Assembly (NCBI GenBank): GCA_047967505.1
Contig: CM106538.1
Reading direction: 5' to 3' (one strand)
Length of the DNA stretch: 64,000 bases
From: Dipteris shenzhenensis
Taxonomy: Eukaryota
Shown piece after piece: positions 13,636-26,304 of this stretch. Made by a program: the position numbers and the translations under genes. Position 1 is the first letter of the stretch. The number at the start of each line of letters is the position of its first letter. A model generated the notes under the pieces. It was given only the letters and a program-made list of their open reading frames with translations, ran no database searches and had not been told where the DNA came from.

Positions 13636-14399
13636 AGGGTAGAATATAGAGTAATTTATTTTTAGAAATGTTTCTTGCTATTTTTAGTAAATAGGATAGA
13701 GTAGTAATCAAAGCAATGTGTTTTCCAAAAAGAAAACATAAAGTAGTTCAAATCATATTCAAGCACACCACCCCCATTTTCAAAATATAGTAAATTATAT
13801 TGAAGCACACCGTAAAATTTGATTTCATGACCGAATTAAAAATTAAAAACACTTAACCATAAGAAAATTTTACATACCTGATGATTCTTTGAACTCGGGC
13901 GTATTCTAGAAATAATGAGAAACAAATGTGAGAATCTCATGTTTATAGAGAAAATTTTCTATTTTTAGAAATGTCTCTATGCTCAAAACCCTAAACCTAA
14001 CCTTGACTTTTATGGTGAAGCATATAATTTCCACCTTTCATTGTTGCATGGAACTTTTTGGGTGTCCCCTTTGAAGCTTGCCAAAGTTCTGCATGGGAGG
14101 ATCATTCGACACTACGTATATCCCAATTTCTTATTCTCATAGTTCCAATGGCTCTTCCTTTGCTACATTGGATGTATCTTGTACTAGTGGTGGAACCTCT
14201 TTTGCCACCTTGGATGTGTCTCCTACTCCTTTACCTAAGCATGATGGTGGACATAGAAGCCCAGGTACACAAATCCATGGACCTGATATTCCCATTGAAG
14301 AGAATGAAATAATAGATGTCACCACAAGCACGAGAGGCCAACAAGTGTTATCAGGTATGTGGTCCATGTCTAATTTCATTCAATGGCTCTCTTTGTTTT

Positions 14400-17075
14400 G
14401 TTTTTGAAGCTAGAAATTATTTCTTACAAGGGACATCTAACCCAAATGGTTCTCAGCGACTATCTCGGCTATCACAAAAGGGGAAGCGGAATTCAATCTC
14501 ATCTATTGAGGAGAGACTAAAGGGAAGACCAATGAATGTGGACCTCAAAAAGTCTAGCTACACAAGAGGGAGAGCTCACATAATTCTAGACACTGCACAT
14601 CTTAAAGAGACTTGCAATACTCTTTGTTGTAGCAGAATGTGCTTGGTCACTTTTGGGGTTGCCAAATTAAGAGTGTTATGTTGAAATGAATAAAGATGAT
14701 CAAAATTTTTATTTAGCATGGTCTGTAAGACCTAGGGAAAACGATATGAACAAAATTGTGTTTGAGTACTCATTCGGTTCAAGGATTGTTTGTTGCAAAG
14801 CATATCGACTTGCACACTATCTTGGCAATGAAAGGCTAGAAAGATTATAGGCCCGCCTCTATAAAGACCCCCGCATTTGTACAGCAGGACAAATGAGAGT
14901 GCCTGGACCACATGGCAATATGGTATGCTCATGGTTGCAAGACTTTATGCAAAAACATGCCGAGGCTCTTCCAAATAGTGACCAGTTGCACTTGGATAAT
15001 TTCTCCAAGCGTGAGATCCATTCCATGTACAAGGATGCCATGGTTACTGCAAGTGATTGAGTACATGACATACCAACATTTTTGTAGGATTTGGAAGAAT
15101 GAATTCAATAGCATGAAGATACCAAAGCTTTGTCGCTTTGGTGTGTGTGCCACATGCACAGACTTGAAGGCCTTGCATACTAGAAGTCAAGGACATGAGA
15201 GAGGTGTGCGTAATGATGCCATGAAATTTTCTTCTTTTTGACAAAAAACAGTTGCTTGCAACATCTAATCATTTTCTATATTTGCAGAAGAAGCAATCAC
15301 AGGGTTGCGAATGCATCGAGAAATGCAAGCTCTAGAAAGGAAGAAGTTAGCAAAGCATCATAAGAAGAGCTACCAATAGCCTGATAAGTACATAACCATC
15401 ATCATTGATGGGATGGATCAAAGAAGACCAATCTTCCACACTTCAAATGAGTGCCCAAGGATTTGAAAGAGGAGAACTTCATCACATATCACGTGGTTTG
15501 GATGTATGATCTACCATGGTGAATTAATTGCCAAGGTTTATCCGATGACACCAAATGTAAGAAATGATCCTAATCTCACAATTTCCATTCTTAATGATGC
15601 ATTGAGGAATCTTACACAACCTCTTCCAAAAATGTTGTATGTCCAACTTGATAACACATCGAGAGAGAAAAATAATCAAGTTGTGTTGGCATACCTTTGC
15701 ATGCTTGTGGAGAAAGGCATATTTCTGAAAGTGAAATTAGGATTCCTTATGGTGGGCCACACACATGACCATATTGATCAGATGTTTAACCGGTTCTCAG
15801 TAAAGATGAGAAGGAAAGAAGCATGGGATGGGGATGCAATGATCTGCATTTTATAGGATGCATATGTGCCAAAACTCATAATTGCAAACATGGAAAAACA
15901 ATAGATTTCAGATGCTTTGTGTTTGGTGACAACGAGCAAATTGATTGAAGTATTGAGAAGCTCAACAAGTTAAGCTTTTAACACCAATTTTGAATGAAGA
16001 AAGATCAAGAAGGCACGATGTTGTTGTGGGGGAAGTTCTATTCCACATCACCGACTTGGGTTCCAGTCAAAGGATTGAAGTTCTTGAAGTGTTCTCCAGA
16101 GTGTGAGTTGTATGTGTCATCCTTACAACCTTTACAATCAGTGAGGGAGGTGCAACAAGCCATGAAGGAGGGGAGAGATGTAAACCCATAAGTTCAGTCA
16201 ATGAGATTAGAGAAACAATCCAGCATGCTGCAATGTATTTTGAAGATGTGGTGTGGACATGGTGGAATCCATTCTTTACATCCCAAATACTTATCAATCA
16301 CCAACTAAATGACCCCCAAGATGTGTCAGATTTTAGTTGGCCACAATGCATTGAACAAGATTTTGTAAATGCGCATATGAATGCTTCTTCAAGTGCACAT
16401 TTACATGCACCTTCAAAGAAGAACTATCTTGGGGAAGAGAGAGAAATGTACCTTGGAGCAAGAAAGTCCAAAAAAGCCAGGGAAAGGGTTCAAGAAATGT
16501 GGAGTGGTAGCATTGAGAACTTGGCAGTGGGTATGATGGTTGATGTGTTAGCAACAGATGATCCTAGTGGATTTCCTTTTTGGATTGCTAAATTTGTGAA
16601 AGTCGAAAAGGAAGGTTCAAAGACCAAGTCAATAGAGGTGCATTGGTTTTTCACCAAGTCCATGGATGATTTCACAGGTCGATATAACCTAGAGATGGTG
16701 GTAACAAGGAAGCGTGGCCAAAAAGGAAAGAGGGCGACAAAGAATTGTCTAAGAATTGATACTCTACAATTGGATGAGGTAGATATTTTGGTATATGCAT
16801 TTCAATTAACACAAGCCGGGCATTTGCCAAAGGAGACACAATACATAATATCCCAAAAAATTCCAAAGACATTAATCGGATGCAGTGAAGAAACGGAAGC
16901 CAAGACACTCCATGCAAAAAAAAGGGTGGTAGATAAACTTGCCCAGGTTTTGACTTGGAGAATGTTCTAGTGGATAGCCTAGAGGAGGAAGGATCTTCAA
17001 CTTCTACCGCATAAAGCTTAGGCTCTAGTGCATTTGAAGGTGTAGGATCAGAGGATGAGTACTATTCTTTGTAGG
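14400..17075 (+). mobile_element. Decayed Sola1-like (DUF7869-type) DDD transposase gene, copy A
   Basis: Cys-rich region (LCCSRMC, VCCKAY, FGVCATC). An in-frame GT-AG intron lies at 15204-15287. Catalytic motifs are IIIDGMDQ (15398-15421), QLDNTSREKNN (from 15644) and VGHTHDHIDQMF (from 15751). C-terminal FWIAK...VHWF domain. Multiple stops and frameshifts; TIRs not identified. Confidence 0.8.
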
Positions 17076-17564
17076 ATTAGTGGCATGTATGTTTGTGCAA
17101 CAATGTGATTTGTATCTTTTTAGGATTTTGAAATATGTTATGCCATGGTCCTTTTATGTGCATTGGATGCATAGGCCCTTATTGTATTGGTTTTAAAAAA
17201 TTAATGTATTTTTTGCAATTTTGGTATTCCAAGTGTAGCTGTTTGTGCCCATTTTCCAAAAAAACTTTATCGGCAAAATTAAAAAAAAGGCATGGTTTTT
17301 ATGTATTTTTTCAAAAACCATCATGCAAAAAGGCCATCTTTTTCAAATAAATGTAAAATTAGCATGAAAAAGTGGGAATCTTTCAAAGATTCCCATAGAG
17401 TTCTCTTTTTGAGGTTACAATTCTCGAATTAGATCTTACACTGTTAGAGGGAGAACTAGTGATCTACAGGGATATGGACTCCACTCTGGTATGTACCAGT
17501 CGTCACTCACGACCACTCTATATTTGTGGAGTCTAACAACAGTTTGAGAGACAGCACATCTTGT

Positions 17565-18147
17565 ATGGTTGAACATATGAATATTTGACATTTATAATTT
17601 CATGAAGTTTTCATCCTACTTTGAGGATCATAGTATCAGTTGCATATGGTCTCCAAACGCACTTGCTAGCTCGGAGAAGTTAAAAAGAAGAAAGCAAGCG
17701 CTCTGATACCATGGATATAGAGTGGAAATTAGAAGGTTAGTGACTAGAAGAATGAAGGAGAAGGAACTGTGTAGGAGGTGATGGGGAGTTGTCTGGCTCA
17801 GATGGAAAGAATTGCACGTTGAAAAGCCTGAGGAGACTCCCCTATCAATCTAGATGTCGCATTGATGATGACATTCCATTATTTATGGTTGTTGAAGGTA
17901 TGAATCTTTAATGTTACAATTTCATACAGTGTCATTCTACTTTCAGGATCATGGTAAGATCATGGTATCAGTTGGATATGATCTCAAAATGGACTTGCAA
18001 TCTTGGAGAAATCCAAAAGAAGAAGAAGGTGTTGAAAAATCCAGAAGCCCAAGTGGAGATTGGAAGGGTAGTTACTAGACGAATGAAGGAGAAGAAATTG
18101 TTACAAATTTGTGGTGATGATGAGGAGTCGGCTGGCTTAAGAGGGTA
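17565..18147. repeat. Diverged ~320-bp-period direct duplication; the first copy contains a minus-strand PBS (17700-17711)
   Basis: 17565-17805 aligns with 17885-18147 (e.g. GACTAGAAGAATGAAGGAGAAG vs TACTAGACGAATGAAGGAGAAG). GCTCTGATACCA lies at 17700. Confidence 0.65.
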
Positions 18148-18225
18148 GGCAATATATATCTATGTGTGTATATAATACATAGATATCTCTCCTATTTTCA
18201 AATAAGCTTATTCTAACAGATGTGC

Positions 18226-18276
<51 letters not shown>

Positions 18277-18306
18277 TGTATGTATGTATGTATGTATGTA
18301 TGTATA
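18226..18306. repeat. (TA)n(TATG)n microsatellite
   Basis: Directly visible. Confidence 0.98.
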
Positions 18307-18523
18307 AGCACATTAATAGATAAATAAAAACATATATATGTTTGTGTGCTCCTACCCTATGTACTTGTGATAATTTGTAAAAGTTTTCATCTTACTCAAT
18401 TTAAGTCCAAAGTATCATACCCCTCCAATATCATTTGAATGGTCCCTAATAAATATCTAGTAGTTCTTACTCATCTTTCTATGTGCTTATCTTCCATCCC
18501 TATACTACTCTAGACATGTTTTC

Positions 18524-21500
18524 TATAAGAAAACAATACAACGTCTGTGCTCAACAGATAACAGGATCTCATACGCAAGAGAGAAAACAGATAGTATGGA
18601 GAATCAAAAATTTGATTACTGTAAAACTGATACAATAGATGGCGCTGCCTCCCAGCCGTGTGCTCCTGTGAAAGAAGCTTCGATGGCCAGCTAGAAATAG
18701 TAGAAGACAGATGCTGGATGCTAAGGAATCAGGGTTGCTATAGCCAGTGATGAAATGGGCTTCACGGGCTTGCTCTTATATAGCCACCAGTTATAGTCGG
18801 TAAGACCCAATTGGGTTACCGACCCAGTCCGCCCAAAATGGCTGACTGGTGGTCGGTGAAATAGGCCACCGACCACATGATAGAACCGGATCATTTGGGA
18901 CTCCAATGGGCCCCACAACCTGAGAGTGGGCTGTTGCCCCGAGAAATGCTCCGTCTACCCTCAATGTGGTCAGTCATGGGATGCCTTCCCGCACTTGCAT
19001 GTAGCCCTAGTTGGCAGTGTGCCAACTCCATCCAGCCATCAGGCCACACATGGCCCCCATCTGGTGTCCAAACCAGGACCTACCAGATAACCGAGCTACT
19101 CAAATGCCTTCTCCTCATATGGAGGGCTTACAAGTAGAGTTAGCTGGCTCCCACGTAGTTACATGAGAGTGGAGCATTGATATCTAACACCCCCCCTCAA
19201 TGTCCACCCGCAAGTGAACTTACTTTTTTGGTCCAATGCCAAGTCGATGAAGATGCCTCTCTAGCAAGTCTCTTCCAAGAGCCTTTGTGAAGATGTCCAT
19301 AGCATTCTCTGTAGTTGGACAGTACACCAAGTCGACCTCTCCATCCATGATGAGCTCGTGTACAAAGTGATATTGAATTTCAATGTGTTTTGTGCGAGCG
19401 TGGAACACAGGGTTCTTTGCAATCGCCATGCAACTCTGATTGTCACATGATAACTGGCTTGTTTAGCACTGCACCCATGTCCCCTAAAATCCTCCTCAAC
19501 CACCCTGCCTCGCAAGAAGCAAAGCATGCTGATTTGTACTCAGCCTCAGTAGAAGAAAGAGAAACTGTGGGTTGCTTCTTGCTGACCCATGACACAGCTC
19601 CAGATCCAAGTGAGAAACAGTAACCTGTCACTGATCTCCTGCTGTCCACATCTCTTGCTGCCCAATCCGAGTCATAGAATCCGGTCAGCCTGTTGCCCTT
19701 GGTATAGGTGATGCCATAATCAAGTGTGCCTTTGATGTATTTCAGCACTCGCATCCCTGCCCTCCAATGGTTCTCCCAGGGCTTATTGGAAAACCTGCTT
19801 AGTACACCAGTCGCAAAGCTGATGTCCGACCGCATGTTGCACAAGTAAATCAAACTTCCCACAAGCCTTCTGTACTTCCTTCATCCACCAGTGGTGATGA
19901 ATCCTCGTTTGAGAGCTTCACGTCAGCCTCCATAGGGGTACCAACTGTCTTCCACTCAGCCATGCCAAATGCCTTCAGTATCTCTCCAGCATACTTTAGC
20001 TGTGAAATGAAGATCTGTTGTGGCTCTTGCCAAACTTCAATCCCCAAATAGAAATGCATCAGTCCGAGGTCTGTCATTTCAAACTCTCTTCCTGGCAACA
20101 AATGCTTTGTCTGCGAGATCTTCTCTTCATGGTTTCCTGTTATGACAAGGTCATCCACATAAAGGACCACGATCATACACTTGCCTCCTTCTCTGAAGAT
20201 ATACAAATTTGCATCAGATGGGCTCCTCCTGAACCCGTTTTGCAAAAAGTAGGGATCAATCTGCTGGTGCCACGCTCGTGGGGCCCTGTTTCAGCCCCTA
20301 ATGTGCCTTCTTCAATTTACAGACTTTACCTTCTGAACCGGAGATCACAAAACCTGGTGGTTGTTCCACGTATACCTCCTCCTTGAGATCTCCATTCAGA
20401 AAGGTGGATTTTACATCCATCTAAAACACGGGCCAACTTCCCTGGGCTGCTAAAGCCAAAACACTGCGAGTTGTGGTTAGTCGAGCTGTGGGAGCAAAAG
20501 TATCCTGATAATCAAAACCATGTACCTGTGCGAATCCTTTTGCCATGAGCCGAGCCTTGTACTTATCCAACGTGCCGTCGGACTTGTACTTGGTCTTGTA
20601 CACCCACTTGGTGCCGATTACCTTGCGTTTTGGTGGACGATCCACAAGGTCCCAAGTATTGTTCTTCATTATGGAGCCATACTCCGACTGCATAACCTCC
20701 ATCCACCTATCATCACCCTGTGCCTCAAGACACTTGGGTTTATCAGCACGGATCACCTCTGTCATCAAAGCATAGTTGACCAGGTGTTCTTGTGTCCTTC
20801 TTTGCTCCTCTAATCTCTTGGACCGGCGGTGTTCAGATGGTTCGTCCTCAATGGCTAGAGGCTCTCTACTGTCCAAAAGCTGCTTTACCCACTTCGGGAA
20901 TGGCCTTTGCCATTGTGGTTCTATAGGCTCTTCTTCCTCTTCTTTATCTTGAATCCTCCCAAGCACCGTTGGGGGAGTTTGGTCTGTTGTTGGTGGTTGT
21001 ACTGGATGGATATCCTGGTCCTGGTTGTCTGGGAAGGAAGCATCCTCCTCCAATTTATGCGGCTGTTTTGAGAAGACCACATCACGACTTACTATTACCT
21101 TCTTGGTAACAGGGTTATAGAGATGGTAACCCTTCGCCTCTTCACTGTAGCCCAAGAAAATACACTTCCGGCACTTCGGTTCCCATTTGGTCCTGTTAGC
21201 ATCAGGGACATGCACAAAAAAAGTCACATCCAAAAACTTTGAAATGTGCAGCTGAAGGTTTCATACTAGAAAACGCTTGCAGTGGAGTCATCCCGTTCAC
21301 AGCCTTCGTGTAGCTATGATTCAGAATGTAAACTACCGTGTTACATGCTTCAGCCCAGAAAGTCTTTGGCAAATCTTTCCCTTTCATCATACTCTTGCCC
21401 ATTTCACAGATGATGCGCATCTTGCGTTCTGCTACTCCATTTTGCTGTGATGTATGTGGCGGGGGTTTCTGCCTTTTGACCCCATGACTTTTGCAGTAAC

Positions 21501-23699
21501 TTTTGAATTCAATTGATGTGAACTCTCCACCTCTATCTGATCTCAATTTCTTCACCTTCCTCCCCATTTGTTTCTCGACCATTACATGCCATTCCTTGAA
21601 CTTATTAAAAGCCTCATCTTTAGTCTTCAGGAAGTATATCCATATCCTTCTTGAGAGTTCGTAGATGTTGTTGCACCGTGTACCTTTACCAATGACCTTC
21701 CCTTGAAGATCCAGAATCTGTGCACCATTCTTATCGAATTGAACTTTGAGGTCCCGATCCGTGATCGTAGAAACAGACAACAAGTTCCTCTTGATATCTG
21801 GCACATAAAGAACATTGGACAACTGTTTTACAACCCCATCTGACTTGAGAGCAATCATACCTTTTCCTTTTGCTGGACATTTTGCATCATTGCCGACTGC
21901 TACCAGGATGTCATTCCCTACTGGCTATAGAGAGGTATACCAATCCTTCCGACTGGTCATGTGGCATGATGAACCACTGTCAATGATCCACGATTCATCC
22001 GCAGGTACATGAATTGCCTCCATGCAAATCTCCTCAATTGCTACGAACAACTCTACTGGTACTGCTTATGCGTTGTTGCTGGACTCTTTCTTTACTCCGT
22101 TCTTCTCATCTGCAATCTTCTTTCTGCACTCATTCTGCTTGTGCCCTTCCTTGTTGCAATAGAAGCACTTGATCTTCTTATTTCTCTTTTTATCATCAGA
22201 AGAAGATGGGTTACCAGAGTCCTTACCCTTACCTTTCTTTGATCCAGCATAGAAAGCCGTATCTTCTCTAGTCCTCGTCTTTTGACGCATCTCCTCCTCC
22301 AAAAGCACCGCACTTAAATCCTCAAAGTTGAGGGGTGGATTTTTGTTCTGCGTATTCAGCATCGTAACAAGACCGTCGTACTTTGGTGGGAGAATCCATA
22401 TGCACCTTCATGCTAGATTCTCGCTGATGATGGTGATGCCAATCGCAGTCATCTGATTGTGCAGATTCTTCACCCTGGTGATGAACTTCTCTGTCGCTTC
22501 AGACTCAGACAGTTTCTCGTTCGCGAGTTGAGTCTCCAGATTCAAAATCCGTGTCTGATTTGTGGTCTCGTACTGATTTTTCAAGATCGTCCATGCCTCC
22601 TCCGCTGTGGTGACATGTTGAATTAATGCCATGACGGAGTCACTTACACTACAGACAATAAAACATAGCGCATCTGCATTTCTTCTTGTCCACACGAGAA
22701 TCTCATCCGCAGTTGGTGCTATCTGTTGTCCTGCATTGGCTAGATGCGGTCTCGCAACCGGCTTCACGTCCACCCCAGTAGCAGTATCCCAAAGCTCGTA
22801 TGCGCTTAGGATGGTCTTCATCTTGAACTTCCAGAGTGGATAGTTAGAGCCGTCCAACTTTTCGCTTTCATCGAATGGTGGGATTCGCAGTCTTGCGGGC
22901 TGGGCCATCTCTCACAATCTGCTCGCAAACAGAAACACACTACCAAATCTTCTTGCTAGAGTCCAGGCTCTGATACCATGTAAGAAAACAATACAACGTC
23001 TGTGCTCAACAGATAACAGGATCTTGTACGCAAGAGAGAAAACAGATAGTATGGAGAATCAAAAATTTGATTACTGTAAAACTGATACAATAGATGGCGC
23101 TGCCTCCCAGCTATGCGCTCCTGTGAAAGAAGCTTCGATGGCAAGCTGGAAACAGTAGAAGATGGAGGATGGATGCTAAGGAATTAGGGTTGCTGTAGCC
23201 AATGATGAATCGGGCTTCATGGGCTTGCTCTTATATAACCACCATTCATAGTCGGTTAGACCCAATTGGGTTACCGATCCAGTTCGCCCAAAACGGCTGA
23301 CTGGGGGTCGGTCCTGAAATAGGCCACCGACCACACGATAAAATTGATGCGCAAAATAGAGCAAATAACCTACGGTTACCGTTTGGCCCACAGCCATCCG
23401 GGATCATCTGGGACTCCAAACGGGCCCCGCAACCCGAGAGTGGGCTGCCCCGGGAAATGCTCCGTCTACCCTCAATGCAGTCAGTCATGGGATGCCTTCC
23501 TGCACTTACATGTAGCCTAGTTGGCAGTGTGCCAACTCCGTCTAGCCATCAGGCCACACATGGCCCCCATCTGGTGTCCAAACTAGGACCTACCGGATAA
23601 CCGAGCTACTCAAATGCCTTCTCCTCATATGGGGGGCTTACAAGTAGAGTTAGCTGGTTCCCACGTAGTTACACGAGAGTGGAGCATTGATATCTAACA
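18524..23699 (-). mobile_element. Full-length but defective Ty1/copia LTR retrotransposon
   Basis: 5' LTR 22979-23699 and 3' LTR 18524-19189, the latter with a ~55-bp deletion. PBS TGGTATCAGAGC at 22978-22967; PPT at 19190-19199; TSD TTTTC/TCTTC (4/5). Gag (LDGSNYPLWK, CFYCNKEGHKQNEC), protease (WIIDSG), integrase (RSDRGGEF, NGVAER), RT (LYVDD) and RNase H lie in copia order with frameshifts. Confidence 0.97.
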
Positions 23700-24192
23700 T
23701 CTTCAACTTATCCAATCTAAGATACCTATAATGCTTTAGACACACCTTCATATTATCTAGTGTAAGATCTATGCAACTTGTCATAACCATCACATATCAT
23801 TTGCATATGATATTAGAGTCCTATAAAGTTTCATCTTGTTTAGACCATGAGTGCCTAACATGGCTATGAAAAATATAGTTGCCAACACACGTGTTCTAGT
23901 ATGTGATGGGTTTTCTTAATAAAAACAGCATGTGTATACCTATTTATGGGAAAATATTTGGTATGGCACTTGGGTCCAATGTGACTTAGAGGTATAGAAA
24001 GTCTTGGTCCATTATGAGATATAAAGCCATGGATTTGACCTTACCAACTCAGAAATGTTTCATCTCAATGTGCGACAAAGAAATGTTATCCATCCTAAAA
24101 CAAGATGCTATGCTACTCCAAATTCCAATACCTCCTAGCTAAAATATTTATGCCATCATTTATTATAATCCTACCAAGTTTCATCTTGTTTA

Positions 24193-26304
24193 TGTTGGAA
24201 CACTGAAAGGAAAGAGTAGAGTGGACACAAAATCAGAATACTTGGTTATGGAATGAAGAAAAGGGAGGTCCTTAAGTAGGCACCTCATACAAGGTCACTG
24301 ACATCACTGATGACCTCAGAGCTCCACAATCATCTCCTCAATCTGCTCCTAGATTCTCTCAATCATCCTATGTGGCTCTTCCACCACCTAACTGTGCTTG
24401 TGGGCACCTAACTGTGCCTCTAGCACTCACACATAGAAACATAAGGTGTGCCTGAGGCATACACCTTGAGATATCCCAACAACCCCCCCCTCAAGGGAAT
24501 GCCTCAGGCTATGTCAAGGATACATCTAGTCTCATAGTTTCTCATGCCATCTCATGGTGGTCAAGGATAAATCTATGGCTAGGTTCTCATGCTAGCAAGG
24601 GTTCCCTTGGGTGTAAGGTAAACAAAAAGGGATACAAAAAGACCTTCCAATGGTTATCTCCCCTGCATGTACATGCACACAATGTCTACAGGAGGTACCA
24701 TGGAGCAAAACATACACATGGCCTACATCATAAGGTGACCAGAGGTGTTTACAAAACACACAAAACACATAGTTTATTTTCATTCATTTTGGAGGACTAT
24801 CTAGGCTGAGTACCTTGACATAAAAAGAGAGATCTGGAGCATACATAGAGATGATTTAAAATGCATAATCTTCATGGGATGCCTCATCTTGTGGAGGCAA
24901 AATATCCATGTCAAGGCAAGGTCTTACCACCTGGGCAGTGTCTAGTGCCTTATAAGATGGTACTATGATAGAACAAGTGGATCTGAAAGTCATATCCTTC
25001 AAGAGAACAATTATCTTGTCATCTCCATAGTTGTGTAGAGAAGCATATCTTAGGTATCTGACCTTCATCTTTTTCTTGTACTTGGAGTCAAATAAAAGTG
25101 CCATGAGAGGGTAGATCTCTGTATTTGCTTCCTTTTTGGCAACCATTGTTTTGGCAATCTTCAACAAGGAAGTCAGATTGGCATTTTCATCCTTTGTAGC
25201 ATAACAAGACATTGCTTTATGTTTTGGCTTTTGACATATTTTGTATAAGCAAGCCAAAACAATGGAAGTGTCTTCTCTCTTACAGGTGAAATATGAGCAA
25301 TAAAAGGTAATCTTTTCAAAGAGTAACAATCTTGAAATGCAAGATGTCTAAGCAAGAAATGACCAAGTAGATGCTAGAAAAATGAGCATAGCAGACTGAA
25401 AATAAATCTTGGTCAAACTATCAGTCAAACTTTGACTGTCCAAGGTAAAACTTAGACTTGCATAGTCAAGCTTTCATGGCCAAAGAGGCAACTCAGAAAT
25501 CTACTTCAAATCGTTATGCAAAGGTCAGAATTCAGAGGGCTTTTATACTGGAGAGGAAGATAAATAGGTAGAGCTTCTCCCTCAGAAAGGAATCGTGCAG
25601 AAAACGGCCACGTCGCCCACCATTGTAGAGGAACTATGGACTGGTTTTTCGACGAGAACTACCCGAATGCTGCTCCAAAAGAGCTCAGACTTGATGAGCA
25701 GGGAGGTCGTGATGTCGCCCAGCTCCCTTTGAAAGGAAATAGACAATGTAGCTCTCCACAGTGAGAACCAGGAAAAAGATCGTCGCAGCTTCCTGAGACA
25801 ATGCCGCCCAGAAGATGGCAAGATAACTCGTGTGGCTTGTTCTGCAGATTCGCCCTGCCCTTGGGAAGACTCTCCTGAAGGATGAGATGTTGAGAATGTA
25901 GGTTTGAAGAGAATTTTCACTTCCAAAATTGACTTTGGAAGGGAAGGTGGACACAAAATGATGATGATGTGGCACCTAACTAGGGCTCAAGGAGGATCAA
26001 ATGGCTCTGATACCATGTTGGAACACTGAAAGGAAAGAGTAGAGTGGACACAAAATCAGAATACTTGCTTATGGAATGAAGAAAAGTGAGGTCCTTAAGT
26101 AGGCACCTCATACAAGGTCACTGACATCACTGATGACCTCAGAGCTCCACAATCATCTCCTCAATCTACTCCTAGATTCTCTCAATCATCCTATGTGTCT
26201 CTTCCACCACCTAACTGTGCTTGTGGGCACCTAACTGTGCCTCTAGCACTCACACATAGAAACATAAGGTGTGCCTGAGGCATACACCTTGAGATATCCC
26301 AACA
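24193..26304 (-). mobile_element. Intact non-autonomous LTR retroelement (2112 bp, TRIM/LARD-like)
   Basis: 289-bp LTRs at 24193-24481 and 26016-26304 (TG...CA, 4 differences by eye). Perfect TSD GTTTA (24188-24192 and 26305-26309). PBS at 26015-26002; PPT at 24483-24492. No gag/pol motifs inside. Confidence 0.95.
24856..25329 (-). CDS. Unassigned 157-codon ORF, in sense orientation inside the non-autonomous LTR element
   Basis: From the ORF track, with a non-ATG start. No motif recognised. Confidence 0.25.
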   Translation of the reverse strand: MLLFEKITFYCSYFTCKREDTSIVLACLYKICQKPKHKAMSCYATKDENANLTSLLKIAKTMVAKKEANTEIYPLMALLFDSKYKKKMKVRYLRYASLHNYGDDKIIVLLKDMTFRSTCSIIVPSYKALDTAQVVRPCLDMDILPPQDEASHEDYAF

